Part shown: one piece after another, positions 24,372-38,141 of the stretch
How the letters are laid out: every line of letters begins with the position of its first letter
Numbering within the stretch: position 1 is the first letter of the stretch
Assembly (NCBI GenBank): GCA_973895155.1
Contig: OZ316891.1
Span: 30,139,112 to 30,203,111 of the forward strand
DNA: 64,000 nucleotides
Reading direction: 5' to 3'
Source of the DNA: Marsupella aquatica
Taxonomy: Eukaryota; Plantae; Marchantiophyta
Notes under the pieces: generated by a model
What the model was told of the DNA's origin: nothing
What the model saw: the letters and a program-made list of their open reading frames with translations, nothing else
Database searches by the model: none
Made by a program: the position numbers and the translations under genes

Positions 24372-24982
24372 ATGGGTAGTCGGGCTAACTAATTAAGAAC
24401 AAAAAAACTCACGGAGACAACAATAGCCCATGAGCAAAAGAACGAGTAGTCGGGCTAGTTTAGAAAAAAAACTCATGGAGACAACTATACCCCATGAGCA
24501 AAAGAAAGGCTAGTTGGGCTAGTGAAGAAAACAAAAACTTATGGAGACAACAATATAGCCCAGAGCAAAAGGGTAGTCAGACTAGTCAAGAAAACAAAAA
24601 CTTATGGAGACATTAATAGTCCAGAGCAACAGAAAGGGTAGTGGGGCTAGTGAAGAAAACAAAACTTATGGAGACAACAAGAGCCCAGAGCAAAAGCAAG
24701 GGTAGTCGGGCTGGTGAAGAAAACAAGAACTCATGGAGACAACAATAGCCCATGAGCAAAAGAAAGGGTGGTTGGGCTAGTGAAGAAAAGAAAAACTCAT
24801 GGAGACAACGCGAGCCCATGAGCAAAAGAAAGGGTGGTTGGGCTAGTGAAGAAAAGAAAAACTAATGGAGACAACGCGAGCCCATGAGCAAAAGAAAGGG
24901 TAGAGTAGTAGTTGGGCTAGTGAAGAAAACAAAAATTTATGGAGACAACGAGAGCCCATGAGCAAATGACCTGGAAAAGTGA
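24372..24982. repeat. ~65-bp tandem repeat x9 upstream of LKR/SDH
   Basis: GGAGACA anchors at 24413, 24477, 24543, 24606, 24670, 24735, 24801, 24867 and 24941. Confidence 0.92.
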
Positions 24983-27105
24983 GCTGGACGGATTAAATGA
25001 CCAGGGCAGAGTGGGACAGTGGGTATTAAGGCAAGAGCAGAGTTTGATTGAGTGGAAACAGAGGAATAGTTGGTTTGGACTTTGGAGGCTTTTGGAAGTG
25101 ACGAATTCAGACACTTGGCGTTCGTCTCTCTCCAGCATTGCTGTCGACCACTGTACATTTCTGTAGCAGACGAAAGATCCCAACTTTCATCGAGCTTTTC
25201 TTCATGATCGACGAGCTCGACTGCATCTCTCATCTCTCTCATCCTTCCCGCTCGACTTCTTTCAAAAATCGACTTCTGGCTTTTGAATCGCGGGCAGGCA
25301 AGTTTTGGGCTCTCCTTTCGAAAGAATTGTGGGCTCCTTCGGAGATTTCATCAATTTGCACTCTTCCATCGTACCTTGCTACCTCTGTCCCCAATCTGAT
25401 CGGTCAGCATGAGTCACTCGACGTCATCTCCATCCCGTTCGATGCGAGAGCCACGCCTTAGCGGAATGGCTGGCAAATCACTAACGCATTACATCAATTG
25501 TGGGTCAGCTGAACTTGAGCTTGATGGTTTGCATTTAACCTATCTCCCATTCAATTCGGTTCCATCTCGAATTGCAGGTGACTTCGGCAGTATCAAGCGG
25601 TAAGAATTCGGGATGCACGTGCAGCTAGCGAATCGAAATTGTGATCTCCGCTCTGGCTTTTGTTTAATTGATTGCAGGTAGTAAGTTTCTCCACTTTCCA
25701 TCCCTCCACCCATCACAGCTTTCGTGAGATCTCTTTGCATTTGCAGTGGTGGCAGCCACGAGACTCGTTTGTGTGAGGACTGACGCGAGTCATCGATCTG
25801 TTGTGCTCTTGTAATATTCTTTTTTGTTTCCCGTAGAATTGGGTGTTTTTGAATCGCAGCCAGGTCACACTCACTGCCTGTTCATTCAAAGTTTTGTAAT
25901 TCGAAGCGAAGAAGGGTCGTGACTGATCAACCCTGGGAGAGGAGCTGAATTCCTGCTCACCACTGCGGCATTCGGATTGCTGAAGTGAGTGTGTGGGCAC
26001 TGCCTGGCTCACTCTTACATTGATGTTCCGTGTAGCAATTGGCTTCTGCTGGGGCTCATTTTAGTTATGCTCTATCAGTCTTTCTGAAGAGACTTTCCGC
26101 ACCCTTGCTTCACTAGCCTCTAAGAGGAATTCCTATACTAGGAGGAATTTGGGTTGAATTATCTCCTTCAACCATGTGTTCCGATGACATCGCTCTTGTT
26201 CCGTGTCCGACAAGGGAACTGAAATTGGCCGATTTGGTCATTTCTACGAAGGACGGATTGGACACAGTTGGGGACAATGGACAGAGTCTAAAGTGGCAAG
26301 GGAGGGAAGCATGAAAAATATCCGAAAATGAAAAAAAATTATATAAGGTGATGTGCTCGCAGCTCCGATCCGGAGGTTGATTCAAATAGATTAACATAGT
26401 TTTGCGACTGTAGCAGAAGTAGAGGTAGAAGGACACGAGACGCAGGAGCCTGATTGTTCTATTTTGACAGAGAGAATGAAGAAAATCTTGAGAGCGAGTG
26501 GTCTTGGAAGAAAATCACAGAGAGAGCGAGTGGTCTTGGAAACATAGAGCCAAATAAGAGATGGTCTTCCCCTCAACTGCTTCGTTCTGTGAACACATGA
26601 AGAAATCTCGTCGATGCTCTTCATCGATTTCTTTCCTGGTTGACAAAACTGTGCGATGGGTTGCCTAGAAACTGCATTCGGCCCTTTACCGACTGCAGGC
26701 TTGTGATGAGTCAAGTTCTCTGCTTGGCCAATTTAGGTGATCAGCATGATTGAACTAGCTTCGCGGATGATCCCCACGTGCCTTTCAGGAAAAGAACAAT
26801 GGGGCGTTAAATTAACGGTGCGTGCAAGAAGATGCCCGGACGGACTATTTTCCTTTTCCCTTGGCTCTTCTCATGAGGCGCCATGCGCCCTACTTCTATT
26901 TACTTCGCGGACAGCGCTGTCAGTCTGGCCAGCAACACTCCAAGGTTGAAGAGTCGAGCTTAGAGAGGCTTGAACCATCCACTGTTCAATTTGTCAACAC
27001 TTTCCCACAGAAAGACACAGAATCCTCTTGAGGATGTGCGGTAGAACCTGGAGTGTGTCAAGTTCGAAGCTGATTTCGGGGGATTGAACTCCACTGCAGG
27101 GAAGC

Positions 27106-30100
27106 ATGACGCACGATTGCATCAAACGAGGGAATGGCGTACTCGGGATAAGGAGGGAGGAGCATAGCAAGTGGGAACGCCGAGCACCTTTGACCCCTGC
27201 TCACTGCGCGAGGCTCCTAAACTTTGGACGTTATGGTAATGGCGAAGGTGTGAACCGTATCATCATTCAACCTTGCACTAAACGCATTCACTCAGACCTG
27301 CAGTATGAGGAAGTTGGATGCGAAATCTCAGAAGACCTCTCTGCTTGTGGCTTCATTCTCGGAGTAAAGCGTCCACAGGTCTGTGGGTCCCCAACTTTGT
27401 ACAAAAGCTGCAAACGTCACTGACTTTTAGCAGCGAGATCTTCTCGCAGGTGCTTACCGGTGTAATGATTGTCTCCTCCATAACTTTTACGATTCTCGAA
27501 ACGAATACAGGATCTTGTATTGATTCTTGTTGACTAACTGATTTAAAACATTTCGATGCCCATGATGTGCAGCTGGGAACACTCCTGCCAGACAGAGCAT
27601 ATTCGTTTTTCTCGCACACTCACAAAGCGCAGCCCGAGAACATGCCCTTGCTGGATGAGGTACTACCTGACAGTCCAATAGATTGTTATTTAAACTAATC
27701 CGAATTCCCATGTCCTCTTGTTCTTCCCTCATGATTGTCATGCCTGTACCTGTCTGAAATACTGCCAGCAGCGGTTCTGTAGAAGAATCACGCGAGGGGA
27801 GGAAAAAGGAACTCAAACCCCAGGACCAAAGAAATCTTAAATTTGACTGTAAGGGGCCAACATACAATTCGTTAAAAAAGAGACGATGAATCTGACAAAG
27901 AAGGTCGAGAATTCCGATGAAGAGCTCAGGTGACCTAGAATGAATGCATAGATTAAAAACTAGAGAACAATCGGAGACTTGATTTCTGAATGTAAAGAGT
28001 CTGATCCTTTTCAGATTCTAGAAAAGCGGATCTCCCTCTACGACTTCGAGCTAATTACGGGTGACAAGAACGAGAGGCTAGTTGCGTTCGGTGAATATGC
28101 AGGCCGGGCTGGAATGCTCGACTTCTTCCGTGGCTTGGGCGAGAGTAAGAAACCTCTCAATCAACCCCTCGCTCCGCTTCTTTATTGAAATGATACTCTG
28201 TATATGTCCGTTTTCTACTGTGCTGATTCTGAAGCGAGGAATAATATTTCATCTAGGAGAATGAATGAAATTGCTCTCTATTTCAAAAGATTGTACTACT
28301 AAAAGGCATTTTAGTAATAATGTAGCCGTGGATTTACGTTGTGCAGGGTTATTGAGCTTAGGCTTCTCAACCCCTTTTTTGGCAATGGGTTCTTCGTATA
28401 TGTACTCGTCTTTAACAGCAGCCAAAGCAGCGGTTCTTGCTGTCGGAGACGAAATTGCATCTGCCGGTCTCCCCTTGGGAATCTGTCCCCTTGTTTTCGT
28501 ATTCACTGGCTCTGGAAATGGTGAGGGCCCATATTTGCTTTTACCCTCGATAGAATGAGTTAACAGAGCTTCAGATATAGCCAGACGGAGGACTATTGCA
28601 AAGATTCTTATATCAAACGTGCTCGAATTCATCTATGATAACTTAGGAAATTTCGTTTTGTTAAGAAAGACTATCACTGTAAGTGGGATCAATTATAAGA
28701 TCTGGCAGAGATGAGGAATTGGCTTTTGAAGTTTTGTACATTTAACACTGCCTGATCTCAACGGTTACGCACCGTCGGGAAAATCAAGTACAGGAAAAAT
28801 CGTTGGAGGAGAAATCGTTCACTTAGAACTTTTTCCTTTGAACTCTCTAATTTGCGGATTCACGTCGTCATCTTGTGCTGTAGTTTCAAGAGGTGCACAA
28901 GAAATATTCCGCCTTCTCCCCCATTCTTTCGTAAAGCCTTGTCAGCTTCCTCAGCTATACGACACAACGACCGAACCTTCTACGAATGGAAACGTTTCAA
29001 GAAAGGAGAAGGCAAATTTTAAAGTATACGGCTGCGTTGTGGAGTCTTGTGATATGGTTGCTCCCAATCACCCTGGTAAATCTTTTGATAAGGTCCGTTT
29101 CCCCAACACATCATAGGTTGTGTCACCTTTCTATTTTTCTTTATTAGTTTTCTCTGAACTCCACATTTGTTGCTGAAGTTTCTTTGCTTATGCAAATTCT
29201 AGTACCGCTTTGAATTTCAGGCCTTTAGTCGAGCGACAAAAAGGAGTTGAGGGGCCTCCAGGGAGCACTTGCTTTCGAACGTAGGGGATCTATTTACTTA
29301 GCCGGAATTTAGCTCACAGGCAGGTCTTTTCATAGTCGAAGTTCCTTATCTAACAATCCTAAGCACTTCTAACGTGTAATTCAGGATGATTATTATGCTC
29401 ATCCCGAGGATTATCATTCCATCTTTCACGAGAAAATAGCTCCATACACATCAGTTATAGGTGAGTATCAATGCCGTATTGAGACGTTTGTATTGAACGA
29501 CCTCGGCCTAATTGAAACGGTCTGGAATGACGTGAGGATAGTGACCTTGCAAGGCCACGATCTTGCTGTGGCAAAAGTTCTATTTACTGGCTTCCGACTT
29601 TTAGTTGAAGCTCTGGTGAATGATCCTCAAGAAATGTATGATCCTCAAGAAATGTATGATCCTCAAGAAATGTGAGTGGCTTATGTATGCCTTCCTAAAT
29701 GCCCTCTGAATTATGTAAATCTGACAACTTCATTTTGCTGGTGCTTTGCAGTCAATTGCATGTATTGGGAGCGAAGATTTCCTCGCCTCTTGACCAACGA
29801 GCAGTTGCGACAACTGACACGTATCCATGCAAGGACAGAACCTCAAAGGAAATGGAGTCGATTCTTGGGAGTAGCGGATCTAACGTGTGATGTGGAAGGT
29901 TCCATTGAATCCCTTCATCAAATCACCGCCATTGAACAACCATTTTTCAGGTTAAGATCCTCCTCATTTTTGCTCACAATCGTTTTAGTGCATAACAAGT
30001 CAACTGCTCGATTTGTTGAAGGTATGGTCTGATGAGAAACTCTCTCGATTCATGATTCAAGTTCTCTTATTTCTACATATCCGTGACTGTCCTACTCAAC

Positions 30101-33100
30101 TTAGAAGAAATTGCAGAATATAGAGATGGCTTTTGGGGGAACTCTGCTATGAAATTGATGATTTCCTGTTCATTTCATGGACATACAGATACGACCCTTC
30201 TTCTGGCTCATATCACAATGATCTGGATGGTGAAGGAGTTATTTTCCTGGCTGTCGATTGCCTTCCAACAGAACTGCCAAAAGAGGTACGACAGGTAGTG
30301 AGGAAAGTTTTTTCAGCTCAGTGACGTAAATAGTGCAGTTTGTTCTTTGACACTTAAAGCGCCATTGCCTATCGTCAGACCTGGATCCACCAGGCTTTAC
30401 CTTTAAGACTATTTTTTCCCTGAAATCTTGGAGGAGAAGTCTTGGGCACTTCCCCCTTATATAGGGCCAGTGGTGGTTTAAGAAATCCTGCATTCCCTAC
30501 AGCCAAGTAGCACTCTTGCAGTCGGGGATCCGAAACCTTGGAATCTTTGGAGCTGCCTCAATTTACACTATGGCATATTGTCACGAAATTCTAGCTCGTG
30601 TTGCCTCAATAATGTGGAGTTGTGTTCTGGTGGGTTTCATGGCAGGCAACCAAGCATTTCGGAGACGTGCTGTTTCCGTTCATCAGTAGTATGGCTCATG
30701 CGCAATGTCCAGATGAAATGGTACTGCCCATCAAACGGGCATGTATTGCTCATAATGGAAAGCTAACCCATCTCTATGAGTACATTAACCGAATGAGGCA
30801 AGCAGATAACAAGTGAGCATCCTTCCAGAGCGCTAGAGGAATGAAATGATTGGGCTGGAATGAAACTGAACTGCTGGCCAGGCCGTTCAATCACCTTCTT
30901 GACGTAGTAGGAAATTTTGTGTGGAATGCATCGTTGGTTCAAAGTTAAGCATCAGTTTCCAGTTTAACGTTGACCTGTTGAATTTCTGACTCTGGATTGT
31001 ACACCAATGTTTTGCTCTTCAGGGTTGTGGAGTCTCCGGCTAGCTTAGGTAGCACGAAGAATGGATCCTTCACCAGAGTGGTAAGAAAATTGGCTTAGCG
31101 TGTCAGAATGTAGCTCGTAGCGATCCGTCAACCTCTATAGGCACTGTGGGGGAATTGTCGAGGCTAGAACTCCTACATTGGGTGGATCGTAACAGTTGGA
31201 TCTCTGTGGGCTGGATGTTTCAGGTGTCCCTTAACGGCCACTTATTTGATCAATTTCTTATCAACGAAGCACTGGATGTGATTAGCGCAGCAGGTGGTCG
31301 ATTCCATTTGGCAACATGCAACCTTGGCCAGACCGATGAAGAAATATCGCATGCTGACCTAGAGGTGAGAAGCGTTCTTCCGAGTATATTGGTACGATTG
31401 TTCACGTTGGGACAATGCAATCTACTGACAACTTTATCTCACCAGTAACGTACCCTGGGGACCACCGAATCACTTTGATGATTATCCGGAATCTTACGAA
31501 TCTTGTAGAGTCCCCTGTAGACCCTTCAGAGTTACCACTTTGACGTGGGTGTCTCTCGACGTGACGAATACTTACGTGTTGCCGTGGTGCAATTGAGTTG
31601 GGATTTCATTCATTGAGTATTTTTCTTCTTTCTCTCGTATCAATCAAAAATAGTTATAAAACTCACGTCAGAAACTCATCCCATCTTTCATTGTTATGCC
31701 CTGCTAGTCTAGATTTTCTCTTCGACGGGCGAAGTCCAATATTCACAGTGAAAAGTTGACAAAAGTCGGAAAAGGTGTGAACAATATGCAAGGACAATAG
31801 GTTTAGCAGTGCGAATCAAGAGCCTTGTCTAATTGCCCTCGGTTCCCCTTTTTCAGGTTGCAGCTGAGACTGAACAGCAGCTTGATCAAATTGTGGATGC
31901 CTTGGCTGCTGTTGCCACCCACAGTGAGACCCACATTGTCGATGCGATACTAGGTGACGAAAGAAGAAGGAGCTACCAACAGTCCAGGCTTAACAGGACA
32001 AGCAGCCCTCCAACCCTCAAGGAAACCATGGATGACCAAGTGTTGACCGTGCTGATATTGGGCGCAGGCCGAATGTGTGAGCCAGCGGTCACTTACCTGG
32101 CTTTCCATGGAAACAATCTTGCTTCCCCAGGCAAAAGCTATAATGGAAAATTGCAGGTCGTCGTTGCGTCACTATACCTACAAGATGCTCAGAAGGTAAT
32201 CCTAAATTCGAACTAGTTCGGGTGTGGAAAATATTTACCCTCCTGCAGTTCTCGATTCAGAATTTGTTCCGGCAAGCGAATTCCTTGTCAAGTGCCTGAG
32301 GTTGATCGAATCCATCTGTAAAAGAATTTGGAGGGTGAGTAGTTATGATCATCTTTACAGGTCACGCAAGGGATCTGTAATGCATCAGCGATGCAGCTGG
32401 ACATTTCGAACGAAGATCACTTACGAGCCTGTGTTTCTAAGGTTAGGATGCCCTTCCTGTTTCAGTTCACGACTGATATTTTGCCATTCAAAAGAAGCTT
32501 GTTACTTGGATGTTCTGAAAACTTATTTTAAGACGGAAGAGACTATAATTAACAAGATCCGTTCTCTGGCGCGGATAAATTCAACAGTGCCTTCCGACTG
32601 ATCAAATTCCTTTTACTCAACTACCATTCTAGTGCTCAAATCGTGTGCCATAGATTTCTACCTAACCTAAACGCACATTCCTATGGATACGCAGGCCTCA
32701 GTAGTCATCAGCTTGCTACCTGCAGCTTGCCATGTTCCAATTGCTACAGCTTGCATTGAGGTGCGCGACTTTCCTTTGGTAGTAAGAATGACATTATATT
32801 GCTGTTCTTTTCTGCCGTCCAAAAGAATCTTCCTTGTTTGGAAGAGATACGAGGTAAAACGCTAAAAGTACTCACTTATTAGGGGAGTATACTCTCAAAC
32901 TGGAGGAGCAAAGGGTGTTCTGTCTAATTCACTGGTATGAAAGGGACACATAGCTCCCAATTAAACAACAGACTGTGCATCAATGATGGATGGAAGGGAA
33001 CGAAATTCTGAACTTGACAAACTACTGTTATTTTGTGGCATGGAAGTTCAAGAAGCATCTTGTGACAGCAAGCTATGTAAGCCCGGAAATGGCCTCTTTA

Positions 33101-36100
33101 AATCAAAGAGCCAAAGATGCTGGCGTTGCGATTCTCTGTGAGATGGGTCTTGACCCGGGTATTGGTGAGTGTTCGGCCGTACTTCTGAAGTTTCTCAAGG
33201 GGTCGATAACCTTTGACTGAGAAGAAAACTGCAATTTTGCTCAATTGATGATGTTGGCGTGATTCCTTGATCGATACTTTCAATTGACCTCGGTAATACA
33301 AAAACCTTTCCCCTCCTTTTAGTATCGCTCTCATCACTCAGTCAGCTCAACTCACCACGACAAACGTTGATGAGGAAACTATGTTTAGTAAAAATCGTAA
33401 TTTGCAATACTTAGCTCCATCATCATGTTGACGCTACGAAAACGTTTGTTGATCTCGTCGCTGCATCATTCAAAGCAGTACTCAACTGTGACAATTCAAG
33501 GCTTCCCTGATTGATTGCTCTTGTCGAGACGGCCGTTACAGATCATATGATGGCGATGCAGTTGATTGATGCTGCACACAACCGAGGGGGACACATTCAA
33601 TCATTTGTGTCATACTGTGGTGGGCTTCCTTCTCCAATGGCAGCAAACAATCCGCTTGGATACAAATTCAGGTGATTCGTGAATGACATCGAAATTTGAG
33701 CTGTGAGAAATTATACCACCGTACTGTGATTATCTAGCAAACTCCCTCCAAACGAAAGATTTATTGAGATGCTGTTCTGGTACTTCTGAGTGAATGGACA
33801 GCGTTCCCATCTCCTTACGCAAAGAAAGTCTTAGATACGGACTTTGATACGTGTGGCGGCACTCGCAGCCATCATTTCAGTCCTCTGCATTGCTTTATTT
33901 TCTCCTCCATATCTTCCGACGTGGGGTCTGCAGCTTAAAACGGAAACAGTGAAAAATGAAAAGCAATAAACTATCTTGTTGCTCATATGAGTTGCGGCGT
34001 TCTTAAATTCTTTATTGGGATGGTGAATTTCAGTTGGAATCCTTCCGGAGCCATTAAAGCCGGGCGCAATCCTGCTATTTACAGGGAAGCTGGGAAAGTC
34101 GTAGAAGTTGCTGGTAAGTTTTCCCGACAACGTTAACTCAAAAGTCCTCGGATGTATTCATGTAAACTTAATTGCAAATCTGCAATTACAAACTTTGACT
34201 TCATTCGAATGACCAGTGTGTCCCAGGCTTTATGTATCCCCAGACGCTTAAGAGGCTGTATTTCCATTCGAGTAAGCCATAAGTTGTATTTCAGGCATTC
34301 CCCTCCATCACACTAAGGTAAGTTGAGGAGCGAGTCTCGTCGGTTGGGTCAAATATGACGGGTAGGGATCACAATCTTTTCAGGCTAGTTTCCTTAGTTC
34401 AGATCTAATAATTCTCTCCCTCTTGGATCCATTTCCTGCTTTGTCTTCGCTTCAGGTAAGTTAGGCTCCCAACGTTCTCAGGGTAATATGGTAATGTCAC
34501 TGCACAGGGGAGGACTTGCTTTCATCAGCTGCTCGACTTCGGCTTCCTAACCTCCCTGCATTTGCTCTGGAGAGGCTGCCAAATAGAGATTCCTTACAGT
34601 ATGGGGAGTATTATGGTATTGCACAAGAGGCATCCACGGTCTTCCGAGCAACTCTGCGGTACGAAGGTAGTATTCTGAAACAAGTATCAGTATTTTTGGT
34701 TTCCAGTAGATAAGCACGCCGAAAACTTTTCAGCATGTTAGTGTGGGAGAGTAGACAGGGGCTTAGTGTTATTTTGGGAAAGAGACAGAAGGTGAAATGC
34801 AGATTGCCGGCAAGAATCTGCAAGGCGAAGTCTGGTTCTTTTAGCACAATGTGACAGCTCCATTTGCGGTTTCTGCATGATGAGCAGGTTTCAGTGAACT
34901 TATGGATGGGATCGGAAAACTGGGATTCTTCAATTTTGAGAGTCATCCGGTGCTGCAGCCAAAGAGGGCGGACGACCCTGCCCCTCGGCGTGTAACATTT
35001 GAGATGTTTTTGGAGTACGCAGTCGACCAACTCTCGCAGGCTTTTAAGCCGAAGAACACCGAGACAGCTATCGATAAACTGGTCAGTCTTGGTTGCTGTA
35101 CTGACACTGCCGCCGCTCGTCGACTCTGGCACTGCCTCAGGTAGTGACTCTACAGTGATCCGTTATCCTGGTCAATGTCCATTGACGCCGTGTCTCAACG
35201 TTTTACTTCGCATTCCTCAATACACTTAAAATACCGAAAATGATTCACCTTAAACAACCATCTCTGCTTCTCAAGTTTTTTGTTTCGTTTATTTTTGGAG
35301 CTCTGATGGAATGACTCAAATGTTGAAGCGATACCATCACCAACCCCCTCTCTTGGTGCATCAAGTGAAATATGTAGTAGAAATGACTGCTGGGTCTTTA
35401 GAGGCTCCATACGTAACTGACACAAGTCTGCTGCTCGAGGTGTGCGAGCCATTAATGTCCGAGTGCATGACTGTTGCACTGGACGGATTGCAACAGGTGG
35501 CTGAGACTGAATTCCAAAGAGGAGGTTCCGGAGAGCTGCAAGAGTGCATTTGACGTATTGTGTTATTGTATGGAGTCAAGGTTGACTTTCGCACCAAATG
35601 AACAGGTCAGATTATGAATTATGCAATCATCGGATTGTATTTTCGTATGATAATGAACCATTAACGGTTGTAAATGAAGCACATGGGTTTCGCCCGCATT
35701 GGAGATCCAAAACAGATGGCTTAATTTCTAGGGACGAGAGTATCTTCTCAGCTAGAGAGTCTCTCCTGTTCCGATCGTATGAGGTAAATCTAATTTCATT
35801 TGAGTGCATGAAAACGCAGGATTTGGTTTTGCTTCATCATGAATTGGAGGTACAATATGAGGACGGTCGGCCGACTGAGCGGCACACAGCAACATTGTTG
35901 GCCTTGGGGGAAACGGCAAACAGCTGTGGCAACTCTCCAGGAGGTCCACAGTCGGCGATGGCACGAACTGTAGGCTTAACGGCAGCAATTGGAGCACAGG
36001 TCTCTTGTTCGTCCAAAGCTTTCTTCGCTGCTCGATCTTGTTAGCTCGTGAGGATCATTAAGCCCCGAACACGAGATCACGACCGTGCACGATGGAATGC

Positions 36101-36659
36101 CACACTTTTCCACCACATTCTTGAGAACACCTAGTAGATGTTTGCCTAGTAGCAATGTTGTCCACACTCAGAAGGGAAACCCATCTGTAACTGCTCTGAT
36201 GCACCGTGTCTATGCAGCTTTTACTCTTTGATGAAGTGAAGTCAAGAGGAGTACTTCGACCAATGCAGCCTGAGGTTTATAATCCAAGTACGTTTTCTTC
36301 AATCTTTGACAACAAAATTTTTAATTTACTGCAATCAAAACAGGAAACAAGAAGCCGTGATTGCCTGAACTGGAGTGTATAGAGCATTGGTCCTGCAGAA
36401 TTAGATTGTGAACAGGTTTGCAAAAGACTCACAACTTTGTGTGAGACTGAATCAGTAGAGATACATACAGTAGAGATTGAAGTCCCGATCAAGCAGGATC
36501 CTCGGCACCTTCAATATCACCCTTGTTGTGTTCCAAGGAATATCACCCTTGTTATCATCCATTTTGACTTGCTTGAAATCCAATTGTCTGCCCTTGACAG
36601 CTTTGGCGATTCTGGCCGCCCAAGGAATGCAACTTGAAGAGAATTTGGAAGTCCTGTGA
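27106..36659 (+). CDS. LKR/SDH: Bifunctional lysine-ketoglutarate reductase / saccharopine dehydrogenase (alpha-aminoadipic semialdehyde synthase), 23 coding exons
   Basis: Exons: 27106-27378, 27573-27659, 28015-28144, 28347-28520, 28884-29092, 29385-29460, 29752-29950, 30189-30285, 30646-30812, 31023-31080, 31224-31364, 31857-32195, 32361-32441, 32695-32760, 33047-33164, 33542-33671, 34034-34113, 34508-34666, 34888-35140, 35497-35605, 35820-35999, 36218-36287, 36601-36659. Motifs [84 protein letters not shown] spliced 5' UTR probably extends to ~25100. Confidence 0.95.
29621..29673. repeat. 18-bp triple repeat in an LKR/SDH intron
   Basis: TGATCCTCAAGAAATGTA x3. Confidence 0.9.
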
Positions 36660-38106
36660 GGCTAACTGTTTTAGCCGAAGCTGGGCATTATGGGTGGGAG
36701 AGCTGACACACGATTCTTGTTTCGATGGGATGGTTTGAAGCTAGGCGGGCGTCTACACAAATCAACCAGTGTCTATGTTAGTGATTGCTTTGGCACTCAC
36801 TCACGAAAATGTACATTCTAATTACATGTAGTGGGCATGATTGTACATACTTTGTACAATTGTATATACATCAGCCTTAGATGGACGTACAAATTCTAAT
36901 CCTTATATAGTGGCGACCTACTGTTTGACACAAAAAAAACCGAACTGAATCCTCGGTCATGTTTAATAGTAAGAGTTGGCTTCTGATTTTGTAAAATGAA
37001 CTTTGCCCAAAGAGCACAAATGACTGGAGATTGACAGAAAAAGAAAAAGAATAGATCCAAATTGCTGTCTTTGACAGAAAAAGAAAAAAAAATAGATGTA
37101 AATTGCTATTTCCCTTCATTTTTTGAGGACACCCTTACTGTTGTACTTTGTACTTTGCCTCTCCAGCGGTTTACAGGCCTTTGATTGCTATCCTCAAATT
37201 TGCCTCCTCTTTTGGAGGCCAGGAAATAGCAGGCCCCCCATTCTGCATTTGAATCATCACCAGTGCCCCCCAATCTTACTAATAATTTTCAAAAGGAAGC
37301 TACTGCAAAGGCCTACGGGGCTTCACTCTACTATAACTCACAAAACAAGGGGCTTCACTCTACTATAACTCACAAAACACAGAATAAAAGATGAACCGAA
37401 ACAGCTAGGAATAGTTTTTTGTGCAAGCTACCTTTTCGTTCTCATCTCTTTCCGTTCCTTGGTAGTCAAGGCTAGTCTGAATAAGGTTCATCAGGTTACT
37501 TTCAGGTACACTGGGAGTGGAAGGCTGATCTGGTTTGAAAAGTTGGTTGCTTTCAGACGTCTATCCTCTGTTGGATGGGCCTGCTTTCGGTTTTCAAGGC
37601 AAAAAAATGTCACAACATGGTCAAGATGGTGGTTGGCCGCCACAATTTTAGTGATTGGGGGATCCGGTGGGAAAGGAGGCCTCTAAACTCTCATTGCCAG
37701 CCCAAAATATGGAAATTACGGACTATTTTAGCACATTTTATTGATGGGGGAATCTGGTGGGGAAAGAGGCCCTAAAAACTCTAACTGCCAACCCCAAGAG
37801 ATGGAAGTTACGGACTAAGTCAATGGAGCGCCCGAGATGCACTGTGAACGCTGTTTTAAGGAGAAATATAAACGTGGAGACACTGAGGACGGAGTGGCTT
37901 GAAATCAAAAGTCGTCAGGAGTGGGTGGGCTCCATTTCGATAGAGCTTCAGACTCTCAAGGGTTTGGACGGTGAGATCAGCAGGTATATTACCGTGAGCC
38001 AAACCTGGCTGTACGTCTCAAGGAGGTTGGCAACCCAAGCACAGATTCACCCTACAGTACGTGCTATTCAGAGCACATTGGGCCATTCGAGCTGCTACTG
38101 TGAACC

Positions 38107-38141
38107 TGAGTGAGTGAGTGAGTGAGTGAGTGAGTGAGTGA
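38107..38141. repeat. (GAGT)n microsatellite
   Basis: TGAG repeated about 8 times. Confidence 0.95.
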
